A stretch of 64,000 nt of DNA from Mayamaea pseudoterrestris. Taxonomy: Eukaryota. The translations under genes were made by a program, and so were the position numbers. Of the stretch, positions 36,649-47,566 are shown in pieces. The notes beneath the pieces are model-generated. The model saw only the letters and a list, made by a program, of their open reading frames with translations, did not search any database and was not told the DNA's origin. The stretch spans positions 1 to 64,000 of the forward strand of contig BROI01000034.1 of NCBI GenBank assembly GCA_027923505.1, given 5' to 3'. Position 1 is the stretch's first letter; every line of letters begins with the position of its first letter.

Positions 36649-38241
36649 TCACTCATTCTCTAAACCGTACGGGTCAAAGCTGTCAAGATTCTCGTCTTCA
36701 AACGTCAACGTCGACCGCTCATTCACAGTGAATGATTCCTCGTCGCCGTATAAGAGGTCAAACAAGTCTCGTCGATCCTCCTTCAATTGACCAACGTCTC
36801 CGTCCGCCTTTTTTCGACCGCGCGGTTTTGAAGCTTGCGCCTCCTCCTCTGTTATATCAGCCTGTATGCTTTTAGCGATTACTCCTAGTGATGTTGGTGC
36901 TTTCATGGGCTTCTTGGCCACTGCGCTGCGCTTTACTGCAACAGGTTTAACTTCCGCCTTGGTAACCGGAGTCACGCTTGTCGGAAGCTTTCTTGTTATT
37001 GTCGTTGATGTTGACGCATTCGTCGCCTTTTGTGATTCCGCCTTTCGTGGTTTTCGGAGCGGTTCAAGTCGCCGCACAATGACAGCTGCTTCCTTGACTG
37101 CAGCCGATCGTTTCTTCCGCGGCGTCGCCGCGCGGGGAGGCCGCGGCGGTCGAGACGACGACACAGCTCCCTTGCGCGCCGCAATCGACTCGAGCGTCTT
37201 TGCCCGATACACTTCATCCTGCCACTTGGCCTTCATGGCTTCACTAATCTTTCGTCGATGCGTTTCGTCCAACGAAATGCCAATGTTTCGCTTGCGATTG
37301 GCCATTTTCGCCACCATGATTGCTCGAAACTCTGGATCCTGCCACTTGGCGCGTAGCGTTTCGCTGATGCGTCTGCGCGTGTCAGTGGCGTTGCTGCTGC
37401 CTGTTTTGGCCTTTTTGACCATGTTTTCGCGATAGGACTGGTCCGTGTTCCATCGCTTGCGGAGCGATTCTGATATTTTGCGTCTCGTTTCCTCCGTGTG
37501 AGTGAATCCTCTGCGTACATGTGTCACGTTGCGTGGTCGAATTTCGTTCTTGGCGTACTTTTCCTTGAGTATACGACTAATCTTTTGCTTGGTTTCCTTG
37601 GTGGGAATGTAGCCACCATTTTTGGTTCGTCGCGCCAAAGAAGCTTGCTTCTTGCGTTCCTCCTCCTGCTGTTGCTGCAGCTCATACTCCTTCTCCGTCA
37701 AGCCCAGCGCTTGCAGTTTCGCCAGGAATCGTTGTCGATTGCGTGCCTGCACGCCCGCGGCAATCTTGGCGCGCGTCTCCGGTGAGCGCTCCTTGCCCTT
37801 GTTCCATGGCACCTTGCCGCGGTTGGCGGCCGATATTTTGGCGCGACTGGCAGTCGTATGTGTAAAGCCTCCGTTGGGTGTTGGTCTAGCAATGTCATTG
37901 TCTGGTAGTTGCAGCGTGTGTGAAATGAATGAATGATGAAGGTGGTGCTGATTGTGATCAGAATGTCCGTTATGGAGAGTTGTCGTTCCATTGACATGAT
38001 GGCCATTCGAGTAGCTAATTGTAGTAAAGTCAATTGAGAATTCTGCCGTCTCGGTTCTAACTTTAGAGCTGTCGAGTTTGAATATGTCTTTTCGACGAAA
38101 CTGAGGATTGGTTGATGATGTCATCGGCTTTTTGCCGCCATCGCCGTGCCTTGGAAGGAACGCGGGGAACGTAAAAGCTTGGGCACCATGGAGCCTGAAT
38201 TCTATTTGATACAAAGTCAGCAGCAATATTACGAGTTTCAT
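36649..38241 (-). CDS. NUMOD3/IENR2-repeat DNA-binding protein, likely plastid-targeted
   Basis: Repeated motifs HTTASRAKISAA.GKVPWNKG, SPETRAKIAAG, TKETKQKIS, HTEETRRKISESL, DTRRRISETL, ETHRRKISEAM. Presequence MKLVILLL...AQA-F. The ORF is open up to 38364. Confidence 0.85.
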   Translation of the reverse strand: MKLVILLLTLYQIEFRLHGAQAFTFPAFLPRHGDGGKKPMTSSTNPQFRRKDIFKLDSSKVRTETAEFSIDFTTISYSNGHHVNGTTTLHNGHSDHNQHHLHHSFISHTLQLPDNDIARPTPNGGFTHTTASRAKISAANRGKVPWNKGKERSPETRAKIAAGVQARNRQRFLAKLQALGLTEKEYELQQQQEEERKKQASLARRTKNGGYIPTKETKQKISRILKEKYAKNEIRPRNVTHVRRGFTHTEETRRKISESLRKRWNTDQSYRENMVKKAKTGSSNATDTRRRISETLRAKWQDPEFRAIMVAKMANRKRNIGISLDETHRRKISEAMKAKWQDEVYRAKTLESIAARKGAVSSSRPPRPPRAATPRKKRSAAVKEAAVIVRRLEPLRKPRKAESQKATNASTSTTITRKLPTSVTPVTKAEVKPVAVKRSAVAKKPMKAPTSLGVIAKSIQADITEEEAQASKPRGRKKADGDVGQLKEDRRDLFDLLYGDEESFTVNERSTLTFEDENLDSFDPYGLENE

Positions 38242-38728
38242 GGATTGGTGGGTGCAGTGGTGTCTTGGTTTGGACGGTCGAAGTGGAGCGATGGGTGCTT
38301 CAACATGCATTTCTTGATCGCTTTTAGCGTTTGCGTCCGATCTTGATCGCTTTAAAGGGTTCATTTGGCGTCTATTGAGCGTTTTAACAGTTCAATCGTC
38401 AGTGCTTTATTACACGCAGCTCTTTTGGTCGAGCTGCTGCAGAAAAGGAGTAACGTTGTTGGGATGATTGCAAATGCGATGCTTGGTTGTCGCTCACCAA
38501 CCACGCCGTCGCGGCGAAGCCAGCAGTTTCGTCCGTCCGTCGGTCCTGCGACTCACACCGGTTTTCGTTGTGACTCAATTGATTTTTCGCTCATCACCAT
38601 GGTGGAAATGAGCCGAAGGTTTCCTCGTCGCGCGTTGCTCAAAGTGAGAATCTAGCAATAGATAATAAGGAAAAAAGGGAAAGGATCTACTGAGTTTTCA
38701 ACCTAAGGCCGGAGTGAGAACTCGTCTC

Positions 38729-39805
38729 ATGACAAGCGTGTGGCCAATGCACCAGCCTCATCGATTCGTCATGCAACAGCGTGCGAGGATAAGAAGGAGG
38801 ACATTTTCCAGCAGCAGCAAGCTTGATCCAATCCGCGTATCGCAACATACACGACAATCTTTACAAAATTCATCAACTAATGTTAATCCGAGTCAAGGGG
38901 AAGTCACTCGTCTAGTCGACGATCTTCTCAAATACACTCGCAATCTTATGGATCAGCATCAACAAACAACAACCAATACTACTGACAGAAAGGAATTATC
39001 TCGTTCTAATCACATTATTGCATTTAGTGGAGGCGTCGACTCGAGCTTGGTCGCCCAATTGCTGCACAAGGTACGCCTGCCGAACGAACAAGTCACGGCC
39101 GTCTTGGGCTTGTCGCCGGCCGTTCCAAAACATCAAGTTGAGCTGGCCGAGCGAATTGCCAGTCACATTGGAGTCGACATGAGCACTGTCAAGACTACAG
39201 AAGGAAGCGATGAGACGTATATACGAAACGCAGGACAAGCTTGCTACGCCTGCAAGACTCACTTGTACAGCACGCTGGCAGCGATTCATGCCTCGTCGCA
39301 TCACTCACACAACGCCACCAGCGAACACACCACTCGCACCTTGTTTTACAATGGCACCAACGCCGACGACTTGCACGATCCGACGCGACTCGGACTCGTC
39401 GCCGCCAAGGAGTTTTCCATCAAGAGTCCACTGCAGCATACGCCAAAGGTAATGGTGCGGCTGGCGGCCAAACATTTAAACTTGCCCAACTGGGACTACG
39501 CGGCCAGTCCCTGTCTGCGGTCACGCTTAGCCATTGGCGTCTTGGCGACGAATGATCACTTGCAGCGAATCGAATTGGCGGAAACATTGGTGAAGCGTGC
39601 GTTACAAGTTGATGCGACTGTCAACATGCGCGTACGACTGTTGAGTGGAAATCAAGCGTGCCTTGAAATTGACGAGCAATGGTTGAAGGATGCTTGTCAA
39701 ATTGACTTGAACAAACAATTGATGCAGTCTGGAAAGGAAGAATGGCTTTTTGATGCAGTTACCGTTCGCGTGTTCAAAAGTGGGTCTGTATCGAGGAGAA
39801 CTTGA
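38729..39805 (+). CDS. LarE-like PP-loop ATP-dependent sulfur transferase
   Basis: IAFSGGVDSS PP-loop, then ACYACK, NGTNADD..D.TRLG..AA, SPL, K..VR..A..L.LPNW...ASPCLRSR and R+E.AE in the LarE motif order. Confidence 0.88.
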   Translation: MTSVWPMHQPHRFVMQQRARIRRRTFSSSSKLDPIRVSQHTRQSLQNSSTNVNPSQGEVTRLVDDLLKYTRNLMDQHQQTTTNTTDRKELSRSNHIIAFSGGVDSSLVAQLLHKVRLPNEQVTAVLGLSPAVPKHQVELAERIASHIGVDMSTVKTTEGSDETYIRNAGQACYACKTHLYSTLAAIHASSHHSHNATSEHTTRTLFYNGTNADDLHDPTRLGLVAAKEFSIKSPLQHTPKVMVRLAAKHLNLPNWDYAASPCLRSRLAIGVLATNDHLQRIELAETLVKRALQVDATVNMRVRLLSGNQACLEIDEQWLKDACQIDLNKQLMQSGKEEWLFDAVTVRVFKSGSVSRRT

Positions 39806-40120
39806 TTGAGACTATGTGGTGCTAGCGTATTTGAATCAACAGTAAGCTGCGCGGACGTTACAGCAGCAACATATTGAGGCCTCACCACCGGCGATGACTC
39901 ATATGTGATGTCAATAATGTTTTCTGCGAGTAAAACTTGTGTACTACTTTCCTTGGCAGGTACGAATTATCTGCTTCGCTTGGCACTGTAGCGGTATGTT
40001 AATGTTCAGATAGGAAAGAAATTAAAAATATGTAAGACTGTTAAAGGTAGCTAAAATATATTGTTGACTAATAAGTTTAGAGCTTCTGTCGTCTTGAACG
40101 AAAGGTGGGTAATCATTGCT

Positions 40121-41395
40121 TTACCACGCATATCCCTGGTTCGTATCGCTGATGCCCATGCAAAGTGAATCCGAACCAAAACGAGGGACTTGTTTGTCGA
40201 GCGAACTCCACAACGAGCTACCATCGTAACTGTACTTGGTGGTAAGACCGTGTGCGGCAACGTCGAAGGGGTCGGGATGCCCGAAGGTGGCGCAGTTGTT
40301 GGTGAAGGACGAATGATAAGCATTGTCCATAGTTTCGATACTGTTTCCACGATGCCCAATCAACGGCGAAAAAACGCAGAGCGTCGAATAATCATTTAGC
40401 TTGTGGACCGATTCGTCTTGGTATAACATACTTCTGCTCCTTGCCTCTGACAGAGGCTTGACTGACTTCTCAGGAGAAAGCAGGCCAAGAAATCTAACTA
40501 TGTCATCAGGGCTGCGAATAGAAGCATTGTCTTCGTAGCCAACGAGAGCATCATCTACATCTTGCGACATGCCGTCTAGCGGGTTTCCTTGGAGGCAGTC
40601 ATAGTGTACCTGACCAGTCTGGCAGTAGAAGCATGAGTTGATGCTGTCGCCTTTCGCAGAGTCAAAAGAGCCGATATTATATTCGTCGACATTGCCAGTA
40701 GGGGCTGCCCAGCTCTCCACTTCATTGGCCAGCATTCTATGCTTCTTTCCAAGCAGATGTTTATTCATGTACTCATGAGAAAGGGTTTTGGTATCGCAGA
40801 TGGTACATCGCCAGGCCGTCATCACGATGTCGTTCTTGACAATACATTGCTGCTGAATGAATGCTCTTTCGCTTGCCTCCGTAAACCGGAGCGTCTGGAG
40901 CAGGCTATACGCCGTACGGTGGGCTCGCCCTCGGCAGTGGCGGAACTCGCTTCCGGCCTGGACCGAGACGCCTCGACACAGTAAGCAAATGGATCGTTTG
41001 TCGCCACAATCAGAGGGCTGAAAGTACTCGCTTGACAAACGAATGGGCTGGCAGAGCAGTGTAGTGTTCCAGTCGTCGAAAGGTGTCATGTCAATGCCCA
41101 TACCCTCGGTATAGCATGGGTGGCAGCCTGATGATGTAGGAAATTCGAAGGCCTCAGCTTGCTCTGGAACAACAGTGCTTACAAGAAATGGTGCTTTGGA
41201 GTAGCTTGCGAATGATGGAGGACTGCCTCCATCTGTCGGGAATGAAGCATCACTGTTTAGACATGCTTGTGGTGCGTCAAGCTTGCGCGGACTGTCATGC
41301 TTGACGGTGGAAACATCTCGCTTCTGCTCTTTACCAGTAGACGCACTGGAAGCAGTAGCAAGGTTGCATTGAGCGGTGATGTCTTGGAGCGGCAT
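40121..41395 (-). CDS. Protein with two U1/matrin-type C2H2 zinc fingers
   Basis: CLLC...HCRGRAH and CTIC...HLLGKKH. The ORF is open from 41527, with ATG at 41527 or 41395. Confidence 0.72.
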   Translation of the reverse strand: MPLQDITAQCNLATASSASTGKEQKRDVSTVKHDSPRKLDAPQACLNSDASFPTDGGSPPSFASYSKAPFLVSTVVPEQAEAFEFPTSSGCHPCYTEGMGIDMTPFDDWNTTLLCQPIRLSSEYFQPSDCGDKRSICLLCRGVSVQAGSEFRHCRGRAHRTAYSLLQTLRFTEASERAFIQQQCIVKNDIVMTAWRCTICDTKTLSHEYMNKHLLGKKHRMLANEVESWAAPTGNVDEYNIGSFDSAKGDSINSCFYCQTGQVHYDCLQGNPLDGMSQDVDDALVGYEDNASIRSPDDIVRFLGLLSPEKSVKPLSEARSRSMLYQDESVHKLNDYSTLCVFSPLIGHRGNSIETMDNAYHSSFTNNCATFGHPDPFDVAAHGLTTKYSYDGSSLWSSLDKQVPRFGSDSLCMGISDTNQGYAW

Positions 41396-41788
41396 ACTTT
41401 CTTCGATTGCTTTAGTATGAAATTTCAAATTAGTGGAATGGCATGACACTTGACTTGACCCTTGACGATCTTGGAGGGTGGAGGCAAAATCTTTCGTCGC
41501 CAAAATCAAATTCAAAATTTTTAGCATCGGACCGGTACTAAATATTTAGCTTTCTGAATAGGGCCTGGAAGGCGTACAAAAACGAATACAACGACAGTAG
41601 TAAATCATATGATCATGTAACCTTACTTGATGATATCAAGTTTGTAAAGCTACCAGACAAAGAACTGGTGAATTGAGTTCATACAGACAACTTAATACGA
41701 CTCATACGTCCAACACTGCGCGTTCCGCATGCATTTACTAATCTGTTCACAAAAAAGTCGTAACGATTAGGGAACATTGAGACTAGCG

Positions 41789-43477
41789 TTATTTAAATTC
41801 GCTGTCATGCAGATTTTCAAACAAAGCACTTGACATGTCAATGTCAACGTTCGATGCATAGGGTGCTTTGAAACTAAGAGATGACGCTCCGAGATCAGTT
41901 AAGTCCAAATCTCTAGAGGGAGCGTCAACTAAGCCGGCTGGCTTTGGCATATCAATTGTACTCTGTCCGTCATCAGCAGCATTGTCGATACCTTGCGACG
42001 GTTGATGGTATATGTACTCGGCACTCTCCAAAATATCATGGTGCTCATTTGCATTCATATCAATTGACGTCCGCCTACCTCGCCTTCGGACGCCTCCTTC
42101 TGGTCGTATAAGATTTGGAGGAGTTGGCAGAGCACCAAGGTTGCCAGACATGGCTGAATATGCATTGCGATCAAGGACGGGATTCTTCTTGTAAACATTG
42201 GTGGGAATCGTTGTCGGAGAAGTTTGCTGCGGCTGCTTTTCATTGGAACTGCCACTTTGACTTGAAATAGACTCGGGAGGTTTGAATGCAGTTGAAGAAA
42301 ACGTTGAAGTGTCGACTGTCGCAAAGCTCATATCTGCCATGCTCGTATTCGCTCCATAATCATCAATCGTTCCCATGGTGTCCGACGAAGTATGCATTAA
42401 TTGCTGCTGCCGCCGCCGAGTTTGCAGCTGCTGATCTGCTTCGGATGTATGGACGCTCATTTTCGAAATGGAATCCATTATATCGCTCATATTCGTGTCG
42501 CCGGACATGTTCATGTTTGAATAGCGACGGCGATTCACATGAGCGTGCGCAAGGTCGCTCATGGTCATGCTTCCGCGGCGATCAACGAAAGCGGTCGGCG
42601 CTGCATTGTTGTTGAAGCAGTTGTTGTAATTAGGAGCTGCTGCCAAATCTTGTTGTGGTGCGGCCTCGGGCAAACAACTGCCACCATTATTACATTCGGA
42701 ATAAGCACTGATAACCGTAGGAGGTCGCAAGTAGGCCAGCATGCTGTCTGGGTCTTCCTCCTGGGATGCGACAATGTGCGTAGGTTGCTGGTGGTTGACA
42801 AAATGTTGTTCACTTGTTCCGTTAGAAACTCGCTGTTGATATTGCTGCGCTTTTTCGCCAAACCACGACTGCCGATCTATCGGAACGTGATCAGTTGTAT
42901 TGTTATCTGATACTCGCCGAATCGGATTAAATTGCGAAAACGGTGGTTCTGCGTTATATGCCATTTGCGGTTGGCTCTGCGCCATGCGATAGACGGCACT
43001 TGGCGCCTGCATGGGCAGTGTCGGCGAAGCAGGTACTCCAAAAGGAAGAGGTTCCATATCAATCGTTCGACCCGATTTTAGGTTGTCTATTTGAACGTTA
43101 GTGTTGTTGCTCGGTACTGGACTGACTTGTCCTCCCTTATTCTTCTGCGTATTTTGACGCAAGGCTTGCTTTGCCTTTTCCATAATCGTTTCTTCATCGA
43201 CAGCAAGCCACGCGTCAATACCTTCTGGAACGCCATATTCAAGCGCATCCTGTCCGTCCAATTTACGTAAAAATCTTCCATTCCTTGCAAAGACTTGATC
43301 GACAATTTCTTGAGCGATTCTGCCCTTGGTGACTCGATGGTTCGTTGCCAAATATTCGTCCTTGCGTTCCTGCACTAGCAGACGAAATCGAATGTTTCCT
43401 TCATGATCATTCGGGCCTGATCCCCGTCCCAAAAGCACGTCCGCGGCACGCAATTCAGTAATGAACGACTTGGACAT
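41789..43477 (-). CDS. DUF6824-domain protein (diatom-expanded family)
   Basis: N-terminal DVLLGRG...HEGNIRFR...GRFL...EKAKQALR, followed by a long low-complexity tail. Confidence 0.88.
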   Translation of the reverse strand: MSKSFITELRAADVLLGRGSGPNDHEGNIRFRLLVQERKDEYLATNHRVTKGRIAQEIVDQVFARNGRFLRKLDGQDALEYGVPEGIDAWLAVDEETIMEKAKQALRQNTQKNKGGQVSPVPSNNTNVQIDNLKSGRTIDMEPLPFGVPASPTLPMQAPSAVYRMAQSQPQMAYNAEPPFSQFNPIRRVSDNNTTDHVPIDRQSWFGEKAQQYQQRVSNGTSEQHFVNHQQPTHIVASQEEDPDSMLAYLRPPTVISAYSECNNGGSCLPEAAPQQDLAAAPNYNNCFNNNAAPTAFVDRRGSMTMSDLAHAHVNRRRYSNMNMSGDTNMSDIMDSISKMSVHTSEADQQLQTRRRQQQLMHTSSDTMGTIDDYGANTSMADMSFATVDTSTFSSTAFKPPESISSQSGSSNEKQPQQTSPTTIPTNVYKKNPVLDRNAYSAMSGNLGALPTPPNLIRPEGGVRRRGRRTSIDMNANEHHDILESAEYIYHQPSQGIDNAADDGQSTIDMPKPAGLVDAPSRDLDLTDLGASSLSFKAPYASNVDIDMSSALFENLHDSEFK

Positions 43478-43813
43478 GCTGTGTTGATTGATTTATTATA
43501 TGTAGCTGAATGGCAATGCTTTCCAAGTTCAAGTGCAGCCAGCAGTGAGCAGTGCCAGTCGTGACTCAATGAGTGACGAGAAAATCGATCCTTGACTGAC
43601 GTTTAGCCTTTCTCTACTTTCTCAGCAGTTAGTACAAAATAGAGAGAAGGAGCTTAATGTATTCAGCTTCCAAATGTATCAAGTCTTATGGTTGCTTTGC
43701 CGTGGTCGAGAAGGTGCGGTTCACTTTGTCGCGCGCTGACCGTATGCTTCGTTGACGTGGACCACGACGAAGAGTTATACTCAAAATCGCACACTCTCAA
43801 ACCAAAAAGTTCG

Positions 43814-44040
43814 TAAGGCAATAGTACGAAACAAGTGCCAGTGTCAATTACGTCATCAGGCTTTAGTATCAAACAAGTGCCAGTGTCAATTACGTCCTAA
43901 GGCAATATTACGAACCAAGTGCCAGTGTCAATTACGTCCTAAGGCAATATTACGAACCAAGTGCCAGTGTCATTTACGTCACAAGGCAATAGTACAAAAC
44001 GAGTGCCAGTGTCAATTACGTCACTAGACGAGTGCCATTG
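43814..44040. repeat. 42-bp minisatellite, 5 copies plus a partial, in a divergent intergenic region
   Basis: Unit TAAGGCAATA(G/T)TACGAA(A/C)CAAGTGCCAGTGTCAATTACGTC(A/C) starts at 43814, 43856, 43898, 43940 and 43982. Confidence 0.95.
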
Positions 44041-44245
44041 TCATCCGTCGCAGAGTGACCGCATTCGATCGTCTTCTCATTGCGTCTTTCGGCCATCCGC
44101 TGCTCACCTCTCCTTCCGACTTGCTCAACTTCATACTCCTTCTCTGGTCCAATTTTGAATGAGAAGAGCAGCTTTGCGCTACAGAATGAGCATTAAAGGT
44201 GTCAATAACTTCCAGCGGCCACAACTTCACGAAACTGGCTCCAAA

Positions 44246-45478
44246 ATGTCCTTGACAACAGTCGTCGCTCGGTCGTCCTCCACGACTTCGCTTTCCGATA
44301 AGCAACAACATCAAGTCACTCTCGCCAAATGGCCCATTTATCGCAATAACGCATCTTTAGTGCTTCCAGTCACCATAGACGGCTCCTCGACTCACTGCAA
44401 GGATCAGATTCAGCAAGTGATTTCAACCTTTTGTGACATTGACGTCACGTCATCCAGGGCTGACACCAGCAGCGACTTCACCGTCGAACCTCTTTCGGGC
44501 GGTCTTTCCAACGAACTATTCGTGGCGACGCACATGAACGATTGCTATCTAGTGCGAATCCATCCAGACAATTCATCGTCAAGGAGTCTGAATGTTTCGA
44601 GCTGTCCAAGCCTTGTTGATCGAGAGCAGGAGACGAAGTTGCTTGCTTGGTTGGCGGAACAGTCGTTAGCACCGACGCTGCATGGTCGGTTTGAGAATGG
44701 CCGCGTCGAAGAATTTTATCCAATCCACGAGCCATTGACGATTGCCGACATGACTACATATGCTCCAGATATTGCGGCGCTCATGGGGCGAATGCATGCG
44801 CAAATAGTTCCCGAAAATATTCTTCCAGCCTGTCACTGTTTGCAGGGAGATGCCTTTGGTCGCATTGATAGATGGTTTGACATGGCGCGAGGATTCGGCA
44901 AGCATGGAGAGTTTTTGGATGAACTTGAAGCGGAGTGGGTCTGGCTGCAGCAAGCGTTGCGGAACGAATTTTGGAACGACGAAGCAGCATCCGACAATGC
45001 CGTTCGGTTTGGTCGCGAGATTGTTCTTTGCCACATGGATGCTCAGTCACTCAACTTTTTAATGTCCTCCGACTCAGAATCATCACTAAAAATGATTGAC
45101 TATGAATACTCTAGTCGCAATGCTCGCGTCTATGACATTGCAAACACCTTTTGCGAGTTCGGCGACATGAACCACATGGCAGCAGATTTTAGCAGGGACT
45201 ATCCGAGTCGCGAGACACAAGACGTCTTTCTGCAGAGCTATCTGAATAGTTGTGGCCATTCTAATCCGTTGTTGGAATTCGATGCTCGCCAGCAGGACGA
45301 GTATTTGGCGACGCTCCGATGCATGATTGCCAAGTCAACGCTGATATCACACTTGGGCTGGAGCGTATGGAGCGTTGTCCAAGATTCAATGGCGCACATA
45401 TCGTTTGATTACATGCAATATGCTCAACATCGCTTGGATGGTTATTGCTACAACAAGGAGACATTTTGGGAATGCTAA
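44246..45478 (+). CDS. Choline/ethanolamine kinase
   Basis: LSGGLSNELF, GRFENGRVEEF, Brenner-type motif CHMDAQSLN, IDYEYS...YDIANTFCE. Confidence 0.92.
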   Translation: MSLTTVVARSSSTTSLSDKQQHQVTLAKWPIYRNNASLVLPVTIDGSSTHCKDQIQQVISTFCDIDVTSSRADTSSDFTVEPLSGGLSNELFVATHMNDCYLVRIHPDNSSSRSLNVSSCPSLVDREQETKLLAWLAEQSLAPTLHGRFENGRVEEFYPIHEPLTIADMTTYAPDIAALMGRMHAQIVPENILPACHCLQGDAFGRIDRWFDMARGFGKHGEFLDELEAEWVWLQQALRNEFWNDEAASDNAVRFGREIVLCHMDAQSLNFLMSSDSESSLKMIDYEYSSRNARVYDIANTFCEFGDMNHMAADFSRDYPSRETQDVFLQSYLNSCGHSNPLLEFDARQQDEYLATLRCMIAKSTLISHLGWSVWSVVQDSMAHISFDYMQYAQHRLDGYCYNKETFWEC

Positions 45479-46040
45479 CAGCAGCTTAAACTAAAATTGA
45501 TGCATGAAACACTATATTATCTAGTCGTATGGTCATTCCGCACAATGATTGCATGGCTGGTGCAAATCATGTTAGTTAATGTTCCAAATAAGCAGATTCG
45601 TCTTCGTCCAATCGAGAGTGCCGATATCTGCCGCCATGTGTTATTATAATACACGGGTACACATTTCTAGATAAGACACCACGTCCGTAGCCGTCACTCA
45701 GTAACACAACCATGCCTAACTGGCCACGACTTAGAATGACTTCAACCACGGCATCAATACTGGCTGACAGTGAATGCCAATCCCGCGGGCATGCCAACAG
45801 CCAAAGTATTGAGTTTAAAGAGGTAGCTAACTGATCAACACGCGGGCCATGCAATCCAACGGATGAATTGACACCGATGCGACACCAGAATCGGAACCAT
45901 TCATCTTGCCGGATCATCGAAAATATATCGCTGACCCGCCAACCTCAAATCGATCGGCTCTCTTGTCCCTCGACCTTCGCACAATCAACTCACTGTCACA
46001 AAATCAACCGTTACTTCATCTCGCTAGCATACTATCAAGC

Positions 46041-47204
46041 ATGACGTTCTTTCCTCGCTCTACTTTCGCGGCAGTCCTCGTTGCCGCCGCTTGCGTCTCG
46101 TTCGCACCGTCCACGCTCGCCCAAGACACCTGCCAACTTTGCCCTTCCGGATCGACCATGAACAATGTCGACAAGCCCTTTTACGGAACTGGCGACAACG
46201 CGCCTGCAACCTGCGGAGGTTTCGATGAGTTGCTGGCGCTCATTCCGGCTGATTCCTGCGAGGCGACGCTCGAATCGCAGGGCGTGCTGAGTCCAGTGAA
46301 CTTGAGAGTCTACTGCGAGTGCTCGGGCGTGGACGCTCCCAATGTTTGCGACTTGTGCAATGGCGGCGATCTCATTGCTGGTTCCGATGAGCCGTCGCAG
46401 ATCTTGGCGGGCTACACTTGCAATCAAATCAATGACTTGTTTGCGAGTTCGACCGAGGCGGACAACTGCGGTGAAAACGACTTGTCGGCTGCTGCGGCAT
46501 TGTGCTGCGAGGGAGGCACTGGACTAAATATTACCTTTTCGGATGATGATGCCGTTACAGGAGGAAACATGACAGCCATGCCTGACTCCAACAGTACCAT
46601 GGCTCCGACATCGAACGGTGGCGACGAAAACGCGACTGCCATTTGCCAGATTTGTGCCGACGGAAGCGACCCTACCAACGACGCCACTATTCCTCTATTG
46701 GAAATGTCTTGCTCCGTCTTTCAAGCCTTTCCAATCCCTGTAGCAGTGTGCAGTGAACTCAAGTCGCAGATTGCGATTGGAGCGCTCTGTGGATGCGCCG
46801 GCGAGGAACCTCCCAATGCGTGCCCCTTGTGCGGCGACGGACAAGTCTCCAACTCGTCAGACCTCGTCAATGTACCAAACGGGGGCTCATTGACCTGCCA
46901 AGATGCTTTGATGTTGTCCATGTTTGCGGGTGAGAGCCTTTGCAACTCGAGTGTCCAGGAGTTGGAGGCTGTTTGCTGCGTGGATGCTTCCGCAGCGACA
47001 GCGGCACCAACACCGGCCGAAGCTGATTCCCCAGTGGCTGCGCCAACGGCGGGAAGCGGCAGCGATACGTCGGAACCGACTGCTGCGCCAAATGGAGCAA
47101 CCAATGAGCAAGATTCTAGTACAAGTATGGCTGTCCAGCCGAATCACGGCTTGACGTCAATGGTCGGTGGATTTTTGGTGGCTGTTGTAGCTGCAATGAT
47201 GTAA
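46041..47204 (+). CDS. Cys-rich cell-surface protein, probably GPI-anchored
   Basis: Signal peptide, repeated CxxC...C...C modules (CQLC, CDLC, CQIC, CPLC), APT-rich stalk, hydrophobic C-terminus. Confidence 0.85.
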   Translation: MTFFPRSTFAAVLVAAACVSFAPSTLAQDTCQLCPSGSTMNNVDKPFYGTGDNAPATCGGFDELLALIPADSCEATLESQGVLSPVNLRVYCECSGVDAPNVCDLCNGGDLIAGSDEPSQILAGYTCNQINDLFASSTEADNCGENDLSAAAALCCEGGTGLNITFSDDDAVTGGNMTAMPDSNSTMAPTSNGGDENATAICQICADGSDPTNDATIPLLEMSCSVFQAFPIPVAVCSELKSQIAIGALCGCAGEEPPNACPLCGDGQVSNSSDLVNVPNGGSLTCQDALMLSMFAGESLCNSSVQELEAVCCVDASAATAAPTPAEADSPVAAPTAGSGSDTSEPTAAPNGATNEQDSSTSMAVQPNHGLTSMVGGFLVAVVAAMM

Positions 47205-47566
47205 ATGGTGTTTCCGGCGAGTGAAGTATAAATTCGTGGATGTTTGTGCGGAGGACGGTATGCGAGATTGGTATTGAGCGGTAGCAGCGGAGAACTATAT
47301 ATGGTTAATAGTCACTTAGATTCTCTGTTGTGCTGAGTTGATTGTACTGTATCAATCCTATCCACACGTAGAACTTGTAGCAGCAAGCACATAATAATGA
47401 TGCAGATATCAATATGAAGCCCGCGTTTGAAAGTCATTTACAATCTATCTACATTTACACCTACAGCGTTTCGCGCGTATACGTGCACAAGGGCGGGTGT
47501 CTGTTCATGCTATTCCGATCCCCTGTTCTTTTGTGTGTGCTCGTATAACTGATCTTTGTATATTTC

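Noticed and set aside
43814..44040. CRISPR-like array or CQC-repeat peptide
   Set aside because: The inter-repeat parts are near-identical rather than unique spacers, there are no cas genes and the context is eukaryotic. The ORF starts with TTG and simply reflects the 42-bp unit.
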